Under the pieces are notes generated by a model. It made no database searches, had not been told where the DNA came from, and saw only the letters and a list, made by a program, of their open reading frames with translations. Below, one piece after another: positions 50,401-64,000 of a stretch of DNA of 64,000 nt. How positions within the stretch are numbered: the stretch's first letter is position 1; each line of letters opens with the position of its first letter. This DNA comes from Macrostomum lignano (taxonomy: Eukaryota). The stretch covers positions 1-64,000 of the forward strand of contig NIVC01002344.1 of assembly GCA_002269645.1 (NCBI GenBank), given 5' to 3'. The translations under genes and the position numbers were made by a program.

Positions 50401-53400
50401 TCTTCTTTAATTCTAAAGTCGGCCGAATATAAGAGCGTAACAATTTATTTCGTCGACGTCAGTGTATTCCTCGAGTTCAGTAATCCAATGTATTCCTCGA
50501 GTTTAGTAATCCAATGTATTCCTCGAGTTCAGTAATCCAATGTATTCCTCGAGTTCAGTAATCCAATGTATTCCTCGAGTTTAGTAATCCAATGTATTCC
50601 TCGAGTTCAGTAATCCAATGTATTCCTCGAGTTTAGTAATCCAATATATTCCTCGAGTTCAGTAATCCAATATATTCCTCGAGTTCAGTAATCCAATATA
50701 TTCCTCGAGTTCAGTAATCCAATATATTCCTCGAGTTCAGTAATCCAATGTATTCCTCGAGTTCAGTAATCCAATGTATTCCTCGAGTTCAGTAATCCAA
50801 TGTATTCCTCGAATTCAGTAATGCAATGTATTCCTCGAGTTCAGTAATGCAATGTATTCCTCGAGTTCAGTAATGCAATTTATTTCTCGAATTCAAAATC
50901 AAAGATGCGTCCTAATAGCAAAGTCAACACTATAAACAATGGCGAGGTCCTCCAGGAAGAAGGGCGTCTTCTTCTATAAATAACAGAATCAGAATCGTGT
51001 GTCCTTATCTGTTCCTCTAGGGTACCAAAATCAATCAATCAATAATCGTCAAAGAGTATCAGAATCGGCCCGTAGATCCTATCCAATCTCTTAGGAATAG
51101 GGAGGCCTAAAATCAAAAACACAATAAAAAACATTTGATCAGTAACGGCCGGCAATAACACAGCTCTCAATAATCAAATGAAGACTCTGACAAAAGGCTT
51201 ACCAATTGGTTTTTGTCTACCTCAGAGACATAGCCTCGTTTGGCTGCTCTAGCAAAGCTCAAGATCTCTTGAAGCTGCTCCGAGTCTGAGGTTTCAGCTC
51301 GGATTTTTCGCTTGTTCGACCTTGAGCCTCAAACCGGTTTTATTGATGAGGTCAAGAAATAAATTTTGTCCTTTGACCGGTGGGGTTTCTGAATGGAAAA
51401 GGGTGAGACTTGGGACGCATCCAGGTTGACATTTAACATATTTGAGAAACAGATGTTGAAAACAGGTTTTCGAACTATGGAATGATCACTCGCTGTTTTC
51501 GTGATATTACTAGTATTGCTAAAAATAGAGTATGACGCATGCTATTTTTTAATTTGCTTTCATATTTTTATCTTACTACTTTTAGTAGTCAGGCTTGGAG
51601 ATCTCTACAATACATTCAGAACTAGATAAAAACTCGAGGGTCGAGACTAGATGACTTCGATAATTTTCATAATTTTTCCTGCAGAAGTGGAGCGCCGAGT
51701 TGGAGTGCCTGGCAATCAAGGCTGCTTACACATGTGTCTTTGAGCACAGCGATGGCAGCGAGTACCAAAACAAAGGAGAAAATATCTATAAAGGATCTAA
51801 CAGTTCTCCGAAATACGTAGTGAACATGTGGCACAATGAGACGCATCACTATGACCACAACACGGGAAAATGCGCACCTGGTAAGGGATGCGGCCACTAT
51901 ACTCAAGTGATGACTGCCGCCGTGCTGGAAATTGGATGCGGTATTAAACGCGGCTGTGGCGGTAGCGACTTGGTGTTCTGCGTATACAGTCACGGGTAAG
52001 ACGGCCTCTTAAATGCATCTTTCTTCTGTTTGGCTCGATTTTCTATTGATATCTTTAACTGTGTTGGTTCGATTAGTTGTGTAGTGATCCGCTAGTTGGT
52101 GTTAGGCGTCGCACTTTGTCAGCAGTCGCCCTTGCCCTCGCCCTCGCCCTGGGTTGCTGTCTGCCGCTGGTCAGCTTCCCGCCCCCCTTGGCCCGTCTGT
52201 TGCTGCCCTTGGCCTGTTCTGCCCTTCTGCGTCTCTGTTCTCAGCCCTCAGCTTCTCTGCTGTGGGCTGTCTCTGTTTCGTTCCCGTCCCATTTTCCTCT
52301 GCGTTCTTCGAGTCCTAAAGTGCAGTAAACATGTTTACTGCACTCGTTGGCCCTATTTACCGGGAGAATCACGTGCTTTCGGACCCCTCCCTTCTCTAAG
52401 GAGAGGAGTGACTCATGTTGCTAAAAATAGCAACTGAGTCACAGCCGCGTGTACTCTGGCCGGAGACCTCAAGTGACGTCAGTTCTAAAAATAGAACGAG
52501 TCACGAGGTCTTGCGCGCACTGAGACCCTGCCTCGAGATCTCAAGTGACGTCAGTTCTAAAAATAGAACAAGTCACGAGGTCTTGTGCGTGGGTTTTTCC
52601 CGGTTATAAATAGGACCCCTCTCCCCTTGTTTCCGTCAAGGAAAGGCTTCTTATCTGCGGAGAATTCACTAAGATCCCGTGTGCGTCAGTGTCTAACTAA
52701 GTGCCCTTTGCGTACTGAATCCGTTTGTACTGGTCTGACTGAGACCCCACTAAAGCCCAAGCCTAAGGGAGGCTAACACTGCCTTCCCAGCCACCCCTGA
52801 GCCCGGCGGGGATCTGCTGATCAGGACGCCTTGTTCATTAATCTGCAAATCTGCACGCTGTGCTGAGTTCGTTGACTTGTTTATTTCGTTCCGACGGGAA
52901 GCTCACCTCATCGAGGGCCGAGACCTGAAGGAACTGGTGACAGCACTACCTACGCTACTGAGAGTTGAGAGAACTTCCCAAGAAGAAGAGGCCGAGGTTT
53001 AAGGTAATCCGCAAGGGCCTAATCCGGGAAGCAAATAGCTTGTACTTCACTGGTGGCAGCGGTGGGATTCAAAGACCTACCAGGCCACCCCGAGACAACC
53101 ATAAGCACTTCAGTTGTCAGTTGTCTGTGAGGTTCTACAGCTTATTGTCAATGCTGTTAAAAGCTTGTTGCTTTATTTTTGTTTTTTTGTGTAGCTTAGC
53201 ATTCCTTCGGTTTACGATCACGTAAATTTCCATTTCAGCGATAATGGCCCGATCGAAAATTGAAAAACCGGGCAGATTTGGTTCACTAGAGAAACTGAAC
53301 GATATGGAAGACCTAGTGTCTCGTGTCTAGTGTCCTATATATCCACTTTGGTTTGCGATCATTTAAATGCAAGCAATATATGTAAAGGATCGTAAACCGA

Positions 53401-55862
53401 AGCTAGCATGTATCGAGATAGTGTTCGATTTCAGGTAATGCTTGTAGAACACCAAAACACCGTTACAAACACGCTAGCTTCGCTTCGCTTTGTAAACCGA
53501 ATTGGATATCGGATCGTCTTCATGGATTTGCTTTTTGGATTTTTGAAAACTGTGAAATCGATCACTAACACCCCTTTACCTTCGGTTTTTTATTTGCAAC
53601 GTGAAGTGATAGTGTTATGATGTGGATAAAGATTAAGGATCGGAGTGCTTGTCAATTGTTGGTCTGCATTTTGATAAAAAAATATTTTTGTCGCTTCCCT
53701 ATCTCTCTAATGTGGATTGAAACGCTACTCGCTCGGGAATTTCACACGAGGCCTCGTGCATAGTTTCCGGACTAAACTTTAGCAATTAGCTAAATTTGCA
53801 ATCTGACATAATAACTATTCAAATGGGCCTACATCAGGTAATAACGTGTAGTTCTATGTCACTAATATTGCTCATCCACAGAAACGGAATATACAAACAG
53901 GGCCCGAAATGCTCCAAGTGTCCTGCCGAACGGCCCTGCGACACAAAAACAGGACTTTGCACCGGGAAGGCCCGTGAGTCATTTAACGGGGTGTGGCATG
54001 TACTTTTATTGCTGTACTGTCATCCAGGTTTTTCGTACAAAAATTAGCAGATTTGGGGGGTGGGAGGCGATTCATTGAAATAGTTGTGGTTACTCGTAAT
54101 TTAGTTAAATTTTTGCTTCGAAACCATGCAACCATGAAACAAAATTGAACCAATTGAACCATGGGATGGAACCAATTAAAATATGGAACCAATTGAACCA
54201 TGGGATGGAACCAATTAAAATATGGAACCAATTGAACCATGGGATGGAACCAATTAAAATATGGAACAAATTGAACCATGGGATGGAACCAATTAAAATA
54301 TAGAACCAATTGAACCATGGGATGGAACCAATTAAAATATGGAACCAATTGAACCATGGGATGGAACCAATTAAAATATGGAACCAATTGAACCATGGAA
54401 CCAACTGAACCATGGAACCAATTGAACCATTGAACCAATTGAACCATGGAACCAATTGAACCATGGAACCAATTGAACCATGGAACCAATTGAACCATGG
54501 AACCAATTGAACCATGGAACCAATTGAACCATTGAACCAATTGAACCATGGAACCAATTGAACCATGGAACCAATTGAACAATTGAACCAATTGAACAAT
54601 TGAACCAATTGAACCATGGAACCAATTGAACCATGGAACCAATTGAACCATTGAACCAATTGAACCATGGAACCAATTGAACCATGGAACCAATTGAACC
54701 ATGGAACCAATTGAACCATGGAACCAATTGAACCATGGAACCAATTGAACTGTGGAACCAATTGAACCGTGGAACCAATTGAACCATGGAACCAATTGAA
54801 CCATTGAACCAATTGAACCATTGAACCAATTGAACCATGGAACCAATTGAACCATGGAACCAATTGAACCATTGAACCAATTGAACCATGGAACCAATTG
54901 AACCATTGAACCAATTGAACCGTGGAACCAATTGAACCATGGAACCAATTGAACCATTGAACCAATTGAACCATGGAACCAATTGAACCATGGAACCAAT
55001 TGAACCATTGAACCAATTGAACCATGGAACCAATTGAACCATTGAACCAATTGAACCGTGGAACCAATTGAACCATGGAACCAATTGAACCATTGAACCA
55101 ATTGAACCATGGAACCAATTGAATCATGGAACCAATTGAACAATTGAAGCAATTGAACCATGGAACCAATTGAACCATGGAACCAATTGAACCATGGAAC
55201 CAATTGAACCATTGAACCAATTGAACCATGGAACCAATTGAACCGTGGAACCAATTGAACCATGGAACCAATTGAACCATGGAACCAATTGAACCATGGA
55301 ACCAATTGAACCATGGAACCAATTGAACAATTGAAGCAATTGAACCATGGAACCAATTGAACCATGGAACCAATTGAACCATGGAACCAATTGAACAATT
55401 GAAGCAATTGAACCATTAAACCAATTGAACCATGGAACCAATTGAACCATGGAACCAATTGAACCATGGAACCAATTGAACCATGGAACCAATTGAACCA
55501 TTGAACCAATTGAACCATGGAACCAATTGAACCATGGAACCAATTGAACCATGGAACCAATTGAAAAAGTACTGACATCGAAAGCACTGACAATGCATCC
55601 CTACCGATTGGCCCCTCGACCTGCAGAGACCAGTTTTCCAGACGGTTCTGTCAACTGCCTGCCGAAAAAAAGGCGCCGGTTTAATCTTGCCAACCAGCTT
55701 GACTTGGATTGGTTTGCTGCTTCACGCTGGCTTGATGGCCCTATCGCTCTTCCCAGGAGCATTCCGACTCTGAATTCTGGCATCACGAAGGCGTCGATCT
55801 TGAAAAAAACTATTTTTTTCGAAATAGTGGCTATTTCATCTGATTTTGCAAACAGTTTTTAA
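47433..55862 (+). CDS. CAP/SCP/TAPS (venom allergen-like) protein 1 (exons 47433-47651, 51685-51995, 53882-53973, 55627-55862 or -55773)
   Basis: Signal peptide, VDVHNKLR, KWSAELE, FEHS, GENIY, MWHNE, CGHYTQV, IGCG, VFCVYSHGN, then hinge CSKCP...C...GLC. Splice phases 0/2/1 are compatible. The frame of the last exon is ambiguous. Confidence 0.88.
48000..49350. repeat. (TGAATA/TGAATG/CGAATA)n hexamer microsatellite split by a solo LTR
   Basis: Runs at 48000-48371 and 49215-49350. Confidence 0.92.
48372..49214 (+). mobile_element. Solo LTR, family A, copy 2, in CAP1 intron 1
   Basis: TGTGACG...CGTGACA termini, AATAAA at about 49066. Inverted homolog of 39127-39945. No perfect TSD. Confidence 0.82.
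49387..49855 (-). mobile_element. SINE family B copy with an AT-rich insertion
   Basis: Reverse complement matches 44860-45128, including GCTCGATTCC. Confidence 0.7.
49952..51438 (+). mobile_element. Possible solo LTR (family C) containing a 26-bp tandem array
   Basis: TGTTA...TAACA ends, purine tract just upstream, TATAAATA at about 50974 followed by AATAAA at about 51124. No TSD found. Confidence 0.35.
50463..50892. repeat. 26-bp minisatellite (GTATTCCTCGAGTTCAGTAATCCAAT)n
   Basis: Period 26 (50464 to 50490), about 16 copies. Confidence 0.94.
52080..53070 (+). mobile_element. 5' LTR (52080-53049) plus tRNA-Leu primer-binding site (53051-53070) of a truncated LTR retrotransposon, in CAP1 intron 2
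   Basis: TGTAGT...ACTTCA termini and TATAAATA at about 52605. TGGTGGCAGCGGTGGGATTC is complementary to the conserved tRNA-Leu 3' end including CCA. Confidence 0.8.
54140..55565. repeat. 17-bp minisatellite (GAACCAATTGAACCATG)n preceded by a 39-bp variant array, CAP1 intron 3
   Basis: Period 39 at 54140-54390, then mixed 17/9/8-bp subunits. Confidence 0.94.
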
Positions 55863-56454
55863 CCGGGATAATGCTCCTTTTGTTTAAAAAAATACAATCA
55901 TACAACACTTCAAGGATATAAATGTTTTGTTGCCTGATTGGTTACTTGGGGTTGCTTGATCAAAACTTAAACGAAAAAAGTACAGCTCTAAGCAGGACTA
56001 GGGAGGGAGGGTGAATAGGCGGACAGATAGGGCTGGTAATGCACTATATAGTTCGCTCAACTATATTCAGCAAAACTGCTATCCGTTGAGTAGTTTTATG
56101 CAATTAAGTTGACTAGTGTTGTTTTGCTTTACTTAGCTTAGCCATTAATGAAATAATTAAAATTGCATCAAATTTGCGCACGTATGACACTAGTATAGCT
56201 AATAGCCATCATTTTCTAATAAATATTTTTATGCCAAGACAAAAAATCATAGATGCATTTACATGTATACAATTTGTACATGCCACTGGGCAGTACCGTA
56301 GCAAGTCAAAATGACAGGAGGTAGTGCTGAGTGAAAAAAATTTGTAAAAATTGTACCCAAATTTACTCAACAGAAAGACAAATGTACAATGCTGCATTCT
56401 AAAAAAGGCACAATTGAAGAAAGCAGACAATTTGAAGAGTTCAAATAGTCAATT

Positions 56455-56620
56455 TCTGTGCACTGCTGAAGCTGCGTACGGCTGTTCAGTCCAAGGATTG
56501 GAAGGGGGGGTCGCCACACACCCTCAATTGCCCAGCTAATGCTGGCATCCATTTTACACCTGGATGAACTGAAGCAATGCAGAGTTAAGTGTCTTGCTCA
56601 AGGACACGAACTGTATGTTT
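56455..56620 (-). mobile_element. CORE-type SINE, copy 2 (5' head absent, abuts the mariner)
   Basis: Reverse complement GTGTCCTTGAGCAAGACACTTAACTCTGCATTGCTTCAGTTCATCCAGGTGTAAAATGG; 3' part matches 45815-45890. Confidence 0.72.
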
Positions 56621-56622
56621 TA

Positions 56623-57975
56623 CTCCGGCTGTCCGGAAAGTCGTGAGAATTTATTTAAAAAACCAGTCAGAACTATCAGAAAACACGATAACAGCACTAG
56701 TTGGTAATGTAATCTCCCCTTGCGTTGATTACAGCTTGGCAATGGTCAACGAGTCGCTGAACCTCTCTTTTCAAGCAATCTTCGTCAAGGCCTCTTGCCC
56801 ATTGCAACGCAGCTTCTCGAGCTTCATTGTGGTCGCTGAACACTCGCCTGGAGAAATCAGTCTTCATCCTACTGAACAAAAAACGGTCGCACAAATTAAA
56901 GTCTGGGCTGTAAGGACTCTGAAACACCAGCTGAACTCCACGGGACTCCATGTACTGCTGCACAGAACGAGCCACGTGAGGTCGCGCAATTGTCCCACTG
57001 CCAAAGAACATCCGACAGATGAATTGACCTTGACCTGAGAGTACGCCATAGGTCTCCGGTGTGCCGAATGAACTCAACTATGCCATTTGCATCAACAGTT
57101 TGCTTTGGGGCTGTGGATTCAATGGAGAAGCGCTTGTTTGGAGTAAAAGCAACCAGAAGCATTGTCTTTGCATTGCCGACTGAGTGCCTGACAACCTGGG
57201 GCCGACGCTCCCCTTGGCCAAGCCAGCACCTGTTGTTTTGCTTTGTGCCAGTGTTGTTCAGGTACACCCACGTCTCATCCTCCACCACGTACTTGTCGCA
57301 AAAGTTTTCCATGCCCTCGTTGTAAAAAAGCCTGCAAATTTGCTTGGCACAATTGATGCGGGCAGTCTTTTTCTCCTCAGATAGAGCATGCGGAACCCAG
57401 AAAGCAGAAACGTTTCGAAGGTGCAAATCCTCAGTCAAAATTTCGTGCACTGCTGTTTTTCCAACTTCCAAAAAGTCAGCGAGGTCTCGGAGACAAACTT
57501 TTGGATCCTCTTCAACAAGAGCTCGGCAGGTTTCGATCAGTTCCGCTGTCCTTGTTGACCGTGGCCGGCCAGTCCGAGGAGCTGAGACAGGGGGAAATGC
57601 TTCGTCACGGAACTTCGAATACCATCTGTAAACCGTTGACTGACCTGGTGCAGCATCTCCATAAAATTTGAGCAGCCCGTCATGGCAGCTGAGAGCGGAG
57701 ATTCCAAGACGGTATCTAGCATAGGCATAACCCTGAAAGTCTTCCATTTTGAAGAACTCGCTGTCAAAATTTTCAACCTTGATCACCGCGTTGCATTTGC
57801 TATCGAGCACTTTATGCTGAGCTCGCCCCTGCCCCCAATTTTGCTACTAGAATAACAAGAATTTTCACCAGAGACATATATAAGTCTATTATTGAAAATT
57901 TCTGTGTGCCACGTCAACAGCTTGCTGCTTTCTTGCTTAATCGACACATTCTCACGACTTTCCGGACAGCCGAAG
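56623..57975 (-). mobile_element. Full-length mariner (DD34D) transposon, 1353 bp, one frameshift in the transposase
   Basis: 28-bp TIRs CT(C/T)CGGCTGTCCGGAAAGTCGTGAGAAT (1 mismatch), TA duplication (56621-22, 57976-77). Motifs WVPHAL, DETW, WDN-ARPH, YSPDFNLCD with 34 residues between the 2nd and 3rd D. One extra base at about 56988. Confidence 0.96.
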
Positions 57976-58058
57976 TACTTTGGATGACAAATTGAAACTA
58001 ACATTAAAATTAAAATTAACAATATAATTTTTATCAATAATAAATCAATAATAAAAAA

Positions 58059-58440
58059 TACACTACGGAGATAGGAAGATTTCATTTTTTCAGCACAAAA
58101 GTTGCTATGGCTTTTGATAAGAGGCAGATCCAAGTGTTCACCTTTTGATATGCTGTGCCTTTCTTATTGCTTTATCGATATATTCATACAGCTTTTCTTC
58201 CAGAAAATTAGGATTTTATGTTAATTTTTTTATTCTACATACATTCGCACGTTTCTTGTGCCTAAAATCCAGTAAAATGGCGCAGCTCGGCTTTTTGGTT
58301 TTGAGTCTATTATATCATTCTTAGCTGACTTTGTAACAAATACGCGTAGCATAAATGATAAAATAGATACATAAAACCAAAGATTAGAGCTGTGCAACGC
58401 ATTTTTATGATTTTTGGGTACTGGAAATACCTAATGTATA
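58059..58440. mobile_element. Partial second copy of the foldback element (empty site for the RTE insertion)
   Basis: Collinear with 46100-46306 joined to 46725-46880, with a single TGTGCCTAAAA at about 58257. Confidence 0.75.
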
Positions 58441-59022
58441 TGTACAATGCTTTCGAACGAGCCTCATACTTTTTCACCCATGAATTGCGAGACTCCATGC
58501 AGTCCTGAGTGATTAAGGTGCAAAACCACAATGACTTTACCGCGCAGGCAATTTTTACGACCATCTGGCACAAAGTCACGAAGCTTTATTTTCTCTATAT
58601 TTATTTTTTACAGTTTCAGACTCAAAATGTTAAAATGTTGCGATTAAAAATGGTTAAATATTTCTATTTAAAATGGTAAAATGTTCAGTAGCTAAGAATA
58701 GAACCATGTGTTATGGAAGTTTTGAGGCCGCTTTTGATGGTCTGTCGCTGGCTGCAGCTGATGGGAGAGCTAAATACCAGGGTACGCCTGTGTCTTATTA
58801 TTCTAACTTCAAGCTGCAGCATTCAGATTGATGCGTCTTGAATGCGCGTTTGTGCCAGACTCGTGCATCTAAGATGCATATATTTCTAACATAGACAACT
58901 GCATATCTGCCGTCATTCCGCAAGATTAAAGTAGTTCAAATATTTGAGACGTGCTGCGCCATAGCTTTACAGATATATAGTTGCTCAACCAAGGTTTAAA
59001 GAGTAACTTCAAAATCGCAGTA

Positions 59023-63348
<4,326 letters not shown>

Positions 63349-64000
63349 GTGAGTCAAATTAGTCATTCGTGTTGAAGTTTGCTTCTTTTAATTAAGTATA
63401 TTTTATCAGTTTTAACAAAAAATACACAAGATGAAAAATTGAGCAGTTTGGGGGGCACTTAAAGGTATTAGCGTATTTGCGAGAATGAACTAACAACCAT
63501 AGATATATCGGGATATTTATTGAACTTTCTAGAAAGGGATACGCACAGCTATTTGCATTAACAATATTAATCAATATTATGTATCTGACAGACATAATAG
63601 TACTTTTAGTACGAGCCATATACTATAAACAACAATTCGTTCATTTAAGTAATGTGCGTTTTCCTTTGTTGTTGACCTGGAGTGATGAATTCACTGTTAG
63701 GAATGACGATGAGTGTGAATATTGCTTTTAGGTAGTGATGATGTAAAGGAGTGATGCTGTTAAAGTGATGCTATGTGAACTCGATGCTCGACAACTTTTA
63801 TTGTGCTTAAGCATGAAATAAACGAGCAATTTCTCAAACTGAAACATCCTCGCTTTGTTGATCTCGTAAGAAAAACTTATTTATTGGTTTACAGTTACAC
63901 GTTTTCAATCAATTCGATCGAATACGAGTTTTAGGCCATTTATTCCGGGCATGAATCTCTTCTTTAGTGACCTTTCAGTGCGCAGAGGCTGTATCTTATT

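Noticed and set aside
51667-51993. 108-aa minus-strand ORF
   Set aside because: Antisense shadow of CAP1 exon 2.
53983-55593. 536-aa MVQLVPWFNWFHGSIG ORF and overlapping frames
   Set aside because: Antisense read-through of the 17-bp intronic minisatellite.

Overview
This is eukaryotic, intron-rich animal DNA, not prokaryotic. GC-rich exons, minisatellite-filled introns and the gene families suggest a free-living flatworm such as Macrostomum; that is an inference, not verified. The window opens with about 70 near-identical copies of a 118-bp satellite (1-8291). Next comes a minus-strand tetraspanin cluster: three complete 5-exon genes with identical phase-0 intron positions, plus one orphan first exon. 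A plus-strand secreted WSC+PAN gene sits inside the cluster. It is followed by a CpG-depleted AT-rich block with a decayed mariner, then a retroelement-rich block: a solo LTR pair, a DIRS-type gag with a SAP domain, two tRNA-derived SINE families (one CORE-type) and an RTE-like LINE nested in a foldback element. The window ends with two tandem CAP/SCP (venom-allergen-like) genes with different C-termini, separated by a near-intact DD34D mariner. Most long ORFs in the supplied track are read-throughs of tandem repeats. Several single-base homopolymer frameshifts may be sequencing errors. Exon coordinates were derived by hand from GT-AG sites and reading frame; repeat boundaries are approximate.
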